From contig CAYYSJ010000001.1 in NCBI GenBank assembly GCA_964474445.1, positions 14,530 through 78,529 of the forward strand: 64,000 nucleotides of DNA. The letters run 5' to 3'. The notes below the pieces were generated by a model. It worked only from the letters and a program-made list of their open reading frames with translations. It made no database searches and was not told the origin of the DNA. This stretch comes from an uncultured Gammaproteobacteria bacterium (lineage in GTDB: Bacteria; Patescibacteriota; Microgenomatia; Levybacterales; UBA12049). The position numbers and the translations under genes are program-made. This document shows, in pieces, positions 32,894-42,134 of this stretch (within the stretch, counting starts at the first letter, position 1; each line of letters opens with the position of its first letter).

Positions 32894-34911
32894 AAGACGT
32901 TTACTCTTTTCTCAAACCATTCCTTATATGCACAGCTCTTGCAGTTGTAAGTGGTATTCTGTTTTTTACAACTGTTGCATATATGAATAGACCACCTCGC
33001 CCTGCACTTTCTCTTTTACACACCTCTCCTGACCCCTCATCTCATTCCCTCTCCCCAGTGCTCTCAAACCAGTGGTATAGTTCTCTTGTCTCACAATTTC
33101 CATCAAGTCCTCTCTATGCGTTGCCTTTAGTGTACAAATTTGATCGTGATGGGATAGGATTTTCCTACCCTGATATTGTAAAGACTCCTGACTCCATTGC
33201 TGCATCGTACAAAAAAGATTTTGTGATTGGTCTTCCTCAGGAGATTTCTAAACCAACACTTGAAGCAGTTGGTGATTGGCATATACGAGGAAACGTAAAG
33301 ACATCGAATGCACAGAGTCTTACCTTTACGATTGGGCACGGGCTGCCCTATGTCCTGCTTACTGCAAAGGCTCAATACCTAACAGTTTCTCTCCCAGCAC
33401 AGACAGATATCTATAACAACAATACCCGTCTTGTTACTAATACAGCATTCCAAACCCAAGGATTTCGCCTTGTAACACAGCATCATACCTATGCATTCTT
33501 TTTTGACAAGTCAGTAAAGGTTTCACCAACTGATACAGGGATCACTATACAAAATCCTGCAAGAATTGTTGTTGCACTCTTGGATAAAAAAGAGCATTTC
33601 ACAGACTTTGCTACACTTATTGACATGGATTTGAAAGATACACAGGTATTCTTTGCCGTTGATGATACAAAACTTGATACGACCTATCAAGTTACGACAA
33701 ATAATAAAACGCCACTTCTTACGCTGTTTCCTCATCAGTATGATGCTCTTTCGGCAAAACCTGATATTCTTGGCGAATATCAGAGTATCAGAGGATCTCT
33801 CAAATTAGTAAGGGCCCAGTCGTTTACTACAACAACTCCTCTTCTTGTCCCGAATGGGACATTTGATAGCGTTGCAACAAATTCTGCAGAAATAACATCC
33901 CAAATAAAAAAAGATGTTGCTGGAGTTTTGCAGGAAGGTTTACCAGATAGCAAAGACTACTATTTAGGAAAATGGTTTGGAAAAGTCAGCAACCTTTTGC
34001 TGTTAGCGGATACCTATAACCTAGAAAATGAAAAGGAAAAACTTCTTGCATACACAACTCCCCTTTTTATAAAAAGTCTTTCAAATTTCTCCTACGATTC
34101 TCAAAAGACAAGTGTTATTGCAAAGTATCCAGAATTTGGTAATGAAAACCTTAATGATCACCATTTCCATTATGGCTATTACATTCGTACAGCTGCTGTG
34201 CTAGCAAACTTTGACCCAACCTTAGTGCAAAAAATGAAAGATCCTATTACCAGTATGGTAAAAGATATTGCAACAACACAACGAGAGTCTTCGCAGTTTC
34301 CTTTCCTTCGCAATTTCGATGTCTATGAAGGCCATTCATGGGCGGATGGGTTTGGCAATACTGCGGATGGGAATAACCAGGAGTCAACATCTGAGGCAAT
34401 TAATGCATGGTATGGAATCTACTTGTGGGGGAAAATTACCAATGATACCCAGATGCAGTCATATGCACTCTATCTGTACAACACAGAAATACAATCTGCT
34501 CAGTATTATTGGTTTGACAAGACAGGTATATACAGTGCTCCATATAATCACAACATTGCATCCATTGTTTGGGGAGGAAAAGTCGATTTTGCAACATGGT
34601 TTAGTGATAAGACAAATATGAAATATGGTATTCAACTTCTGCCTATAACGCCTGCTTCTTTGTATTTAGGCAATCTACCAAGTTTTGCTGGATATAAAAA
34701 AGATTTTGCAAAAAGTGGAGGGAGTGAACAAGATTCCTGGGGAGATTTATTTACCATATGGCGATCGTTTTATGAACCAGATATCACTTTTACACAAAAA
34801 GATAAAACACTCAATTTGGAAGAATCAAACACCAAATCACTTTTTCTTTACATCCTTACATTAAATAAAAGTAACCAGCAAAACGACAAACAGGCTCCTA
34901 GTACCCCATAA
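32890..34911 (+). CDS. glycoside hydrolase family 81 endo-beta-1,3-glucanase (N-terminal TM/signal)
   Basis: GH81 signature NDHHFHYGYY and catalytic E-x-x-S-E block NQESTSEAINAWYG; 673 aa. Confidence 0.7.
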   Translation: MKDVYSFLKPFLICTALAVVSGILFFTTVAYMNRPPRPALSLLHTSPDPSSHSLSPVLSNQWYSSLVSQFPSSPLYALPLVYKFDRDGIGFSYPDIVKTPDSIAASYKKDFVIGLPQEISKPTLEAVGDWHIRGNVKTSNAQSLTFTIGHGLPYVLLTAKAQYLTVSLPAQTDIYNNNTRLVTNTAFQTQGFRLVTQHHTYAFFFDKSVKVSPTDTGITIQNPARIVVALLDKKEHFTDFATLIDMDLKDTQVFFAVDDTKLDTTYQVTTNNKTPLLTLFPHQYDALSAKPDILGEYQSIRGSLKLVRAQSFTTTTPLLVPNGTFDSVATNSAEITSQIKKDVAGVLQEGLPDSKDYYLGKWFGKVSNLLLLADTYNLENEKEKLLAYTTPLFIKSLSNFSYDSQKTSVIAKYPEFGNENLNDHHFHYGYYIRTAAVLANFDPTLVQKMKDPITSMVKDIATTQRESSQFPFLRNFDVYEGHSWADGFGNTADGNNQESTSEAINAWYGIYLWGKITNDTQMQSYALYLYNTEIQSAQYYWFDKTGIYSAPYNHNIASIVWGGKVDFATWFSDKTNMKYGIQLLPITPASLYLGNLPSFAGYKKDFAKSGGSEQDSWGDLFTIWRSFYEPDITFTQKDKTLNLEESNTKSLFLYILTLNKSNQQNDKQAPSTP

Positions 34912-35009
34912 AAAGCTTTAGGTAAAAGTCTCTGACTGGATTTTCTTTAGCTAAATTTGATAAAATATACTTCGAGAAAGATAAAAACAGGTATTTGATA
35001 TCTCTCAAT

Positions 35010-35080
35010 GCGGAGTGGTGTAATGGCAACACGCCTGACTTTGGATCAGCGCGACTCTAGGTTCGAATCCTAGCTCCGCA
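35010..35080 (+). tRNA. tRNA-Gln (anticodon UUG)
   Basis: Cloverleaf: acceptor GCGGAGT/GCTCCGC (one G-U pair), anticodon loop CTTTGGA (anticodon TTG), T-loop GGTTCGAATCC, discriminator A; CCA not encoded. Confidence 0.7.
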
Positions 35081-35159
35081 GCAATTCAGTTTAGACTACC
35101 AGATCATTCTGTATAAAAACACTCGCATTGGACGTTAGAACTTCTGATATACTTCAGGT

Positions 35160-35603
35160 ATGAAACGAGGAATTGATTATATTGGTGTTGGAGTAGGGGC
35201 TGCAATTTTTAATAACAAAGGAAAACTGTTTATAACCTTGCGTGGTAAAGAGGCCAAAAACGAACGAGGAAAATGGGAAATTCCAGGTGGAAGTGTTGAA
35301 TTTGGTGAAACTTTTGAACAAGCAATAAAACGTGAAATTAAGGAAGAACTTGATATAGAGATTGAGATTATAGAGTTATTAGGTATATGTGACCATATTA
35401 TTCCAAATGAACATCAGCATTGGGTATCCCCTACATATATTTGTAAAATCAAAAAAGGTACACCAAGAATAGTTGAGCCTCATAAATGTGCCAATGTTGG
35501 TTGGTTTACTCTTAAGGAAGCAGAAAAGCTTCCTTTATCTATCGTCACTAAATATGATATATCCTTATTGAAAAAGAAATACCCTAAAGGACTAGTTGTA
35601 TAA
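35160..35603 (+). CDS. NUDIX hydrolase
   Basis: NUDIX box GGSVEFGETFEQAIKREIKEELD (G-x5-E-x7-REUxEExGU). Confidence 0.8.
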   Translation: MKRGIDYIGVGVGAAIFNNKGKLFITLRGKEAKNERGKWEIPGGSVEFGETFEQAIKREIKEELDIEIEIIELLGICDHIIPNEHQHWVSPTYICKIKKGTPRIVEPHKCANVGWFTLKEAEKLPLSIVTKYDISLLKKKYPKGLVV

Positions 35604-35712
35604 GGCTAAATTGGTTCTAATGTGCTCTAGTATCCCCAGCAAAATAATCCACCTTGGATTCGAACCTTAAAATTTTCTACCTTAAGAGATGTATCCATGA
35701 TATAATCTCGCC

Positions 35713-36270
35713 ATGTCTACATTTAAAATGATCCGTCTTGGTAATCCAGTACTCAGAACAAAATCAAAATCTGTAACGCTAAAAGAATTAAAGACAAAAA
35801 GATTTCAAAAGTTTTTAGATAAGTTAGTGGCAACCTGTTTGAAAAATGATGGTGTTGGCATAGCAGCTCCTCAAGTAGGAGTAAATAAACGAGTCATTGT
35901 GGTTACTGTTGATCCTAAAAACCCTCGATATGAAAATAAAACTTCATTTCCCATCACCGTTATTATCAACCCTAAAGTTATCTCTCATTCTGAAAAGATA
36001 AAAGATGATTGGGAAGGAGATTTATCAGCAGATTTACGAGGACTTGTACCACGACCAATAGAGTGCATAGTTATAGGATTAGATAAACAAGGAAAAGAAG
36101 TTCGCTATGACTTAATAGATGATTTCCATGCGAGAGTATTTCAGCATGAAATAGATCATCTTGATGGTATTATGTTTTTGGATAAAGTAAAAAGAAAAAA
36201 GAGCTTTAGTGAGTATGAAACATGGAAAATATATTGGAAAGGTAAGGACCTTAAAGAGTTACCTTTTTAA
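35713..36270 (+). CDS. def: peptide deformylase homolog with Cys->Asp substitution in motif 2
   Basis: Motif 1 GIAAPQVG and motif 3 QHEIDHLDG are present. Motif 2 reads WEGDLS instead of EGCLS; it aligns to E. coli EEGCLSIPEQRALVPR as WEGDLSADLRGLVPR. Confidence 0.75.
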   Translation: MSTFKMIRLGNPVLRTKSKSVTLKELKTKRFQKFLDKLVATCLKNDGVGIAAPQVGVNKRVIVVTVDPKNPRYENKTSFPITVIINPKVISHSEKIKDDWEGDLSADLRGLVPRPIECIVIGLDKQGKEVRYDLIDDFHARVFQHEIDHLDGIMFLDKVKRKKSFSEYETWKIYWKGKDLKELPF

Positions 36271-36410
36271 TTAGCACAGTTAGGGATGTAAAAACTTTCA
36301 TTATTTTGCATCCGAAAAGTTCGAATACTGCCTATGTCCACCAGCTTTAATCGTATAGCTGGAATACCTCAATTATACTATGTGGGAACTTTTGATATAC
36401 TAGAGAAAGT

Positions 36411-36725
36411 ATGAAGGTCGTATTTTTATTTAGAGGTGAATTACCACAAGCAGATGCGAATAAATATATTCCACTGTGGGATAAATGGTTTAAAGAGTTA
36501 ACAGATAAAGGTATATTTAGAGGTGGTATACCAATTGCTCCTCAGGGTAAACTTGTAACACAAAATAACGTAGAAACTCTTCAACTAACTGATGATTTAG
36601 TAACAGGTTATGCAGAGTTAGAATTTCCATCTATGGATGAAGCAATCGCTACTGCCAAGCAATGCCCTAATAGATTATATGGTGGGAAAGTTGAGATTCG
36701 CGAGCCAATGAATATGTCAAGGTAA
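36411..36725 (+). CDS. YciI-like (Dabb-fold) small protein
   Basis: 104-aa ORF, size and alternating pattern like the YCII-related domain; weak. Confidence 0.35.
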   Translation: MKVVFLFRGELPQADANKYIPLWDKWFKELTDKGIFRGGIPIAPQGKLVTQNNVETLQLTDDLVTGYAELEFPSMDEAIATAKQCPNRLYGGKVEIREPMNMSR

Positions 36726-36883
36726 TACATGATTCTTTTAAATAGCCATTAATAGTTCTTGAAGAATATTATTTCTATAAAAAGTTCCTACACAATCCAC
36801 TAGTGCCAGCCATTCGACTCGCTTCTCTCGCTCATGGCTATAGCTCTTTTTCTATAAAAGAGATATCCTAACAATAGAATTTT

Positions 36884-37192
36884 ATGGGAAAAGAGTCGAA
36901 TACCCTGAGCGCAGTCGAAGGGAAATTCATCGTTTATATTCTGCGCACATCATCAAATACACTCTATATCGGTCAAACCAATAATCTCAATAAACGCTTA
37001 CAGGAACACAAAGATAAAAAAAGCAAATCTGCTAAATATATGAAATATTTCGACTCCTTTGACCTTGTCTATAAGGAAATTTATCAAACGAGAAGACAAG
37101 CTATGCAAAGAGAATGGCAATTAAAACATTGGACAAAGAAGAAAAAAGAAGCACTCATTGCAGGAAATAAGATTTTATTAAAACAATTTTAA
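36884..37192 (+). CDS. GIY-YIG nuclease superfamily protein (stand-alone, 102 aa)
   Basis: KFIVYILRTSSNTLYIGQTNNLNKRLQEH is the GIY-x10-YIG motif, with R and E downstream. Confidence 0.7.
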   Translation: MGKESNTLSAVEGKFIVYILRTSSNTLYIGQTNNLNKRLQEHKDKKSKSAKYMKYFDSFDLVYKEIYQTRRQAMQREWQLKHWTKKKKEALIAGNKILLKQF

Positions 37193-37300
37193 TGTGCTTT
37201 TGCCTCAACCTAGCCTTAAAAATTTGTAAAAAAATGTCTTAACCAGATTGAATTCGAACTAATAGTTTTCAGTGAATTAAAGTGTGGTAAACTTGTTTAC

Positions 37301-37906
37301 ATGAGGAAAATCATTACTACTACATTCATTACTCTTGACGGTGTTATGCAAGCTCCAGGTGGACCGGAGGAAGATACTTCAAATGGATTTACTTATGGAG
37401 GTTGGCAGTTTGGTTGGGACAAAGTAGCGGACAATATCATGGACACAATAATACAGGCTGTTCCTTTTGATCTACTCTTAGGAAGACGCACCTATGATAT
37501 TTTTGCCTCTTACTGGCCCAATCACAAAGAAGAACCGCATTGGGGAAAGCCATTCGATAGAGCGAAAAAATATGTTGTCTCACATAAACCTTTTGAACTT
37601 ACTTGGGACAATTCAGTGCTTATTACGGGAGACGTAGTGGCAGAAATAAAAAAACTTAAAAATTCAGACGGTCCTAACCTGTTGGTATACGGTAGTGGCA
37701 ATCTTATACAAACGCTTCTTGGAAACAATCTTATAGATAGAATGCATATCTGGACATTTCCCATTACTATCGGCATCGGTAAAAAATTATTCGCCGAAGG
37801 CACACAACCAGAACGCTTTAAACCGATAGATGCAAAAATTTTGTCTACGGGCGTGATATTTGCAACCTACCAACCCTCAAACCCGCTCAAAAGGGGATCA
37901 TTCTAA
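37301..37906 (+). CDS. RibD C-terminal domain / dihydrofolate-reductase-like (YwjB/YyaP family) protein
   Basis: N-terminus MRKIITTTFITLDGVMQAPGGPEEDTSNGFTYGGW, typical of RibD_C/DHFR-like proteins; 201 aa. Confidence 0.75.
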   Translation: MRKIITTTFITLDGVMQAPGGPEEDTSNGFTYGGWQFGWDKVADNIMDTIIQAVPFDLLLGRRTYDIFASYWPNHKEEPHWGKPFDRAKKYVVSHKPFELTWDNSVLITGDVVAEIKKLKNSDGPNLLVYGSGNLIQTLLGNNLIDRMHIWTFPITIGIGKKLFAEGTQPERFKPIDAKILSTGVIFATYQPSNPLKRGSF

Positions 37907-38013
37907 ATTATAGTTAGCAAAAATTATTTTGATAAAAGTTCATACATAGTTCACTAGAGCCAGCCTATTCAATCACACACATTAGCTACATATATGTTAG
38001 AATAGAAATAGGT

Positions 38014-38427
38014 ATGGGAAAAATCACTGTACAAACTATCGTTAATGCTTCTATAGAAAAGGTGTGGGACTATTGGAATAAACCAGAACATATTAAAAAT
38101 TGGGCTTTTGGATCTAATGATTGGGAAGCTCCAAGTGCAGAAAATAATTTACGTGTGGGTGGAAAATTTAAAACAGTTATGGCAGCAAAAGATAAGAGTG
38201 CAAGTTTTGATTTTACTGGTACATATACGGTAGTAAAAGAGAATGAACTTATTGAATACGATATGGATGAGGCTGGTAGACATGTAAAAGTAGAGTTCAT
38301 AAAATTACCAAAAGGCGTAAGAGTTGTGGAAATATTTGATCCTGAAAACGAAAACCCAGAAGAGATGCAAAGAGATGGTTGGCAAACAATTCTAAATAAT
38401 TTCAAAAAGTACGTTGAGAGTATATAA
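38014..38427 (+). CDS. SRPBCC/AHSA1-domain (activator of Hsp90 ATPase homolog-like) protein
   Basis: 137 aa; N-terminal ...IEKVWDYWNKPEHIKNWAF... pattern typical of the Aha1/SRPBCC domain. Confidence 0.6.
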   Translation: MGKITVQTIVNASIEKVWDYWNKPEHIKNWAFGSNDWEAPSAENNLRVGGKFKTVMAAKDKSASFDFTGTYTVVKENELIEYDMDEAGRHVKVEFIKLPKGVRVVEIFDPENENPEEMQRDGWQTILNNFKKYVESI

Positions 38428-38504
38428 AATATCTATAGTTCCTACAAAGTTAACTAACGACAGCACCAATTTCTGCCTCAAATTAGCCTCGAAAATGACT
38501 AGTA

Positions 38505-38885
38505 TTAATGAATGGCACTATTAATCAGATTTGGTATTGCTTTAAAAGGTAGTTCATTAAGATGATGTCTTTCCTTGAAATACTCTGGAGAATTATAGCT
38601 TACCCATACGACTCCTTTTGAATCTTCCCAAACAACTGCCTTTAATGGAAGGTCAATTGCAAGTGGAGGAGTAATATTCATGAGAGGTGTACCTGTTTTC
38701 GGATCACCAAATAATAACAATGTAGTTGGACTCATAGTTAATCCGACTTTTGAGGCTTCTTCCTGTTGATCAATAATGTCAAATATCTTTATCCCTTTTG
38801 ACCGTAATACTGCTTGTAACTTACTAACTGTTTCACCAACTGTATAATTGCTTTTTTCAGTAATAATTCCCATATCTGCTTCCAT
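38505..38885 (-). CDS. DUF302 domain protein
   Basis: 126 aa with DUF302-like pattern (DIIDQQEEASKVGL, LLLFGDPKTGTPLM, LKAVVWED..G.VWVSY). Confidence 0.6.
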   Translation of the reverse strand: MEADMGIITEKSNYTVGETVSKLQAVLRSKGIKIFDIIDQQEEASKVGLTMSPTTLLLFGDPKTGTPLMNITPPLAIDLPLKAVVWEDSKGVVWVSYNSPEYFKERHHLNELPFKAIPNLINSAIH

Positions 38886-39204
38886 GTAAACGAGTATAAG
38901 CTACATTTGTAAATACTTTATTAGAGTTTCGGATTGGCTCAAAGATTTTATAAAGAAGCACTTGAAAGAAAAAGGGAAATCGATCCTAACTCACTGAAGC
39001 TGTATGTGAGAGCTCTTCTAGACAAAATTGATTCATTACAACAGGAGGAAAATGATTCTATTGCAGATGATGCACTTATGTTAAGCACACTTTTGCAAAA
39101 TTACGTTAGAGTATACCCATTATAAAAAGTCGGAATTTCTTAATTTATGCAAATGTTGGATCGAACCACTGGCTCTAAATCAGTACTAGTAGTAGAATAG
39201 AAAT

Positions 39205-39813
39205 ATGAGAAAGATTGTTGTCTTATCTTTTATTACACTAGATGGTGTCATGCAAGCACCAGGTGGGACAGAAGAAGACACTTCAGGTGGGTTTAAGTAT
39301 GGAGGATGGTCTTTCCCCTATTTTGATGAATTCTTAGGTAAGGTCATGGCCGAACAGACAGGACATCCCTTTGATCTGCTTCTTGGCAGAAAAACCTATG
39401 ACATATTTGCCGCTTATTGGCCACATCAGGATGAAAACACGAATCCATTTGCCAGAGAGAGCAACAAGGCAAGAAAATATGTAGTATCACATTCACCAAT
39501 TAAGCTTGAGTGGAATAATTCTGTACTACTGCAAGGAAATATAGTAGAGGAAGTTAAAAAACTTAAGGCACAGGACGGTCCAGAATTGCAAGTTCATGGT
39601 AGTGGTAATCTTATCCAAACACTTTTACAAAACGATCTGATTGATGAATTATGGCTAAAAATTTACCCACTTACACTTGGCTCAGGCAAACGCTTATTTG
39701 CTGAAGGGACTGTCCCTGCATCATTCACTCTTGTTGAATCTAAGACTTCACCACTTGGAGTTATTGTTGCGAATTTCAAACGAGCAGGAGAGATTAAAAC
39801 AGGCTCATTCTAG
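39205..39813 (+). CDS. RibD_C/DHFR-like protein, paralog of 37301..37906
   Basis: MRKIVVLSFITLDGVMQAPGGTEEDTSGGFKYGGW is about 55-60% identical to 37301..37906; shared motifs HKPFELTWDNSVL/HSPIKLEWNNSVL and GSGNLIQTLL in both. Confidence 0.75.
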   Translation: MRKIVVLSFITLDGVMQAPGGTEEDTSGGFKYGGWSFPYFDEFLGKVMAEQTGHPFDLLLGRKTYDIFAAYWPHQDENTNPFARESNKARKYVVSHSPIKLEWNNSVLLQGNIVEEVKKLKAQDGPELQVHGSGNLIQTLLQNDLIDELWLKIYPLTLGSGKRLFAEGTVPASFTLVESKTSPLGVIVANFKRAGEIKTGSF

Positions 39814-40074
39814 ATTTCCACTCGCAAAATATTCTTATAAAAGTTCTGATATAGTCCAGAGAAGAGTGAGTAGACTTCCTACAAAGACAGCCACAAGTGT
39901 TTGATAGATACGTTATACATAAAACACTATTCTCATTGCGGTAGATTTTTTAGTTATTGTTGGGAATAAAAAGTGTTTCCTCATTTTAAAGTCAAGAGTT
40001 AGAATTTTGTTTATGTTTGCCATTTCTCAATCAACACGATACCTAGGACTTGAATCTTTTGGTATAATCTCTGT

Positions 40075-40758
40075 ATGGTGTTTGATATTGAAGAAGTCCT
40101 CCAGCAGATTAGTGAACATCCATATATTCAAAAGACAAAACATGTTTGTGAAGTAAATGCAGCACATACGGAAGATTCAGTTCATACGCACCTTATGCAA
40201 ACACTTGATATGGCAAGAAAATCTATAGATGGGAATTTTATTTCTCATCCTCAGGCAAAACAACTATTTGATAATTTTATGAATAGAAAAATAGAAGGCG
40301 TAGCCTACAAAGATATTGCACTCCTTTTTGCTTTCATTCATGATGTTGGAAAAATTCTTTCGTTTAAGGAAGGTAACGAGGTATTTCCTATGAATATCCA
40401 AAAACCAAATGCTCCATTAGGTAACACATATAATCCAGGGCATGAGTATTGGGGCTCTCAACTGGTTCCAGAGATATTAAAGAACTTACCCATGAATCAA
40501 AAGTTAGTTGAATATATTACAACGATTGTCCGTTTGCATGGACAGGTATTTGATTATCATACTTCCTTTATTCAATTCCCTCTGGAAGATGCGATTCGGG
40601 ATGTTAAGTCGAGAGTTGAGGGATACCATCTAGCGGTACTTTTTAACTCGTATTGTGATGCTGCGTATAATAAGCCTTTACAGCCGTGCCGCGAACTGAT
40701 CGTGCAGATGCTTAACTCGCCCAGTACCTATACCCTTCGTGAATACATCGTCTCTTAA
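40075..40758 (+). CDS. HD-domain phosphohydrolase-like protein
   Basis: H...FIHDVGK (HD motif) plus downstream His/Asp; 227 aa. Confidence 0.55.
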   Translation: MVFDIEEVLQQISEHPYIQKTKHVCEVNAAHTEDSVHTHLMQTLDMARKSIDGNFISHPQAKQLFDNFMNRKIEGVAYKDIALLFAFIHDVGKILSFKEGNEVFPMNIQKPNAPLGNTYNPGHEYWGSQLVPEILKNLPMNQKLVEYITTIVRLHGQVFDYHTSFIQFPLEDAIRDVKSRVEGYHLAVLFNSYCDAAYNKPLQPCRELIVQMLNSPSTYTLREYIVS

Positions 40759-40830
40759 CTACTAATTTCATTTCCTTAGTTTCAATTGACTATCTCAAAC
40801 TATTAGCTTCAAACTGTTATACTTATTTTA

Positions 40831-41364
40831 ATGAAACTCATTCTCCTTTACGGAGCACCAGGAACCGGAAAATTAACTGTAGCAAAAGAACTTACTGTGT
40901 CTACTGGGTTTACCCTCTTTCATAACCACATGATCCTTAACGCATTATGTGAAGTTTTTGGCTATGATCATCCAATTCGTCGAAAACTTGAAAAAGAATT
41001 TCGTTTACGGATTATTGAAGAAGCAGTGAAAAACAATATTTCTATGATCACAACTGGTGTTATTATGCGAGATAATGAAGATTTCTATAAAGAAATGATA
41101 CATACTGTGCGTAAGAGTCAAGGAGAATGTTTGCTTGTTCACTTAACTGCAACAAAAGAAATCTTAGAAAGTCGAATTGGAAATGATTCCAGAAAAGCAT
41201 TGCAAAAAATCAGTAATCCAGAAAAGTTAGCTGAATGGACAGAACGTTATCCAGAATCTTTTGAAAAAATTGAATACGACCAACAACAACTAACGATTGA
41301 CACAGGTAGTCTTTCTCCTCAAGAAATTGTTGAGAAAATAATTGAGCACTACAAACTAGCGTAA
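40831..41364 (+). CDS. P-loop NTPase / small-molecule kinase-like (AAA_33-type) protein
   Basis: Walker A LLYGAPGTGKLTVAKEL at the N-terminus; 177 aa. Confidence 0.55.
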   Translation: MKLILLYGAPGTGKLTVAKELTVSTGFTLFHNHMILNALCEVFGYDHPIRRKLEKEFRLRIIEEAVKNNISMITTGVIMRDNEDFYKEMIHTVRKSQGECLLVHLTATKEILESRIGNDSRKALQKISNPEKLAEWTERYPESFEKIEYDQQQLTIDTGSLSPQEIVEKIIEHYKLA

Positions 41365-41404
41365 AAATTCTCTACCTGCTTCCCTTCTCTGATATAATTA
41401 ATAC

Positions 41405-42037
41405 ATGAGTTATACATGTCCAATGCACCCAGAGATAGAGCAAAATAAACCAGGCCGATGCCCAAAGTGTGGTATGAAACTTGTTGCAAAGGAGAATCTG
41501 ACAAGTGCTTCTTTATCACATGAAACCCATGAAGAAAGCCAGAATACACTGGCATGGAAAAGCTACATTCCACTGATTGTTATTATCGGTTTAATCTTGC
41601 TTACTACACTGGTCCTCTCTTTGAAAGACATGCAAGGAGGAAATTTCAGTATTGCAAACACCATATCGTATTTTATGATTGGATTCTTCCTTGTATTCTC
41701 TGGATTCAAACTGATAGATTTGAAAGGCTTTGCAGAAGGATATGCAACGTATGACCTTCTCGCGCTAAGGTGGTTTGGCTATGGATATATCTATCCATTT
41801 ATTGAATTATTTTTCGGATTAGCAATGCTATTGATACTTCAAACAAAGTGGCTCCTTTGGGCTGAGCTTATTGTGATGGTGTTTAGTGGGATAGGTGTTG
41901 CGCTGAAATTAGCAAGGAACGAAAAATTTCAATGTGCATGTCTTGGGACTTTTCTGAAAGTTCCTCTCACAAAAGTAACCCTTGTTGAAGATTTTGGTAT
42001 GGCCGCTTTAGCACTTATCTTGATTTTGATTCATTAA
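41405..42037 (+). CDS. heavy-metal-binding domain (CPMHP...CPKCGM) fused to MauE/DoxX-like membrane domain
   Basis: N-terminal YTCPMHPEIEQNKPGRCPKCGMKL (the YHYHP/HMBD motif seen on Cu-ATPases and CusB), then 4-5 TM helices resembling the MauE/DoxX family. Confidence 0.6.
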   Translation: MSYTCPMHPEIEQNKPGRCPKCGMKLVAKENLTSASLSHETHEESQNTLAWKSYIPLIVIIGLILLTTLVLSLKDMQGGNFSIANTISYFMIGFFLVFSGFKLIDLKGFAEGYATYDLLALRWFGYGYIYPFIELFFGLAMLLILQTKWLLWAELIVMVFSGIGVALKLARNEKFQCACLGTFLKVPLTKVTLVEDFGMAALALILILIH

Positions 42038-42134
42038 GTGAAAATCTTGTCTTTCATGGAGTCTTTTATTCAGGAACAAGTAAATGAGATTGTAGGAGAA
42101 ACTACGTGTTGCTAATCAATTCTTTTCAAAACTA

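Noticed and set aside
35590-35700. tRNA-like T-loop sequence GGTTCGAATCC on the minus strand near 35655, close to tRNA-Gln (possible att-site remnant)
   Set aside because: Flanking bases do not form a T-stem (only 2 bp) or an acceptor stem. It is not a direct repeat of the tRNA-Gln 3' end (opposite orientation). Probably chance.
39140-39190. GGTTCGATCC T-loop-like sequence on the minus strand upstream of 39205
   Set aside because: No cloverleaf could be built; at most 3 bp of T-stem.
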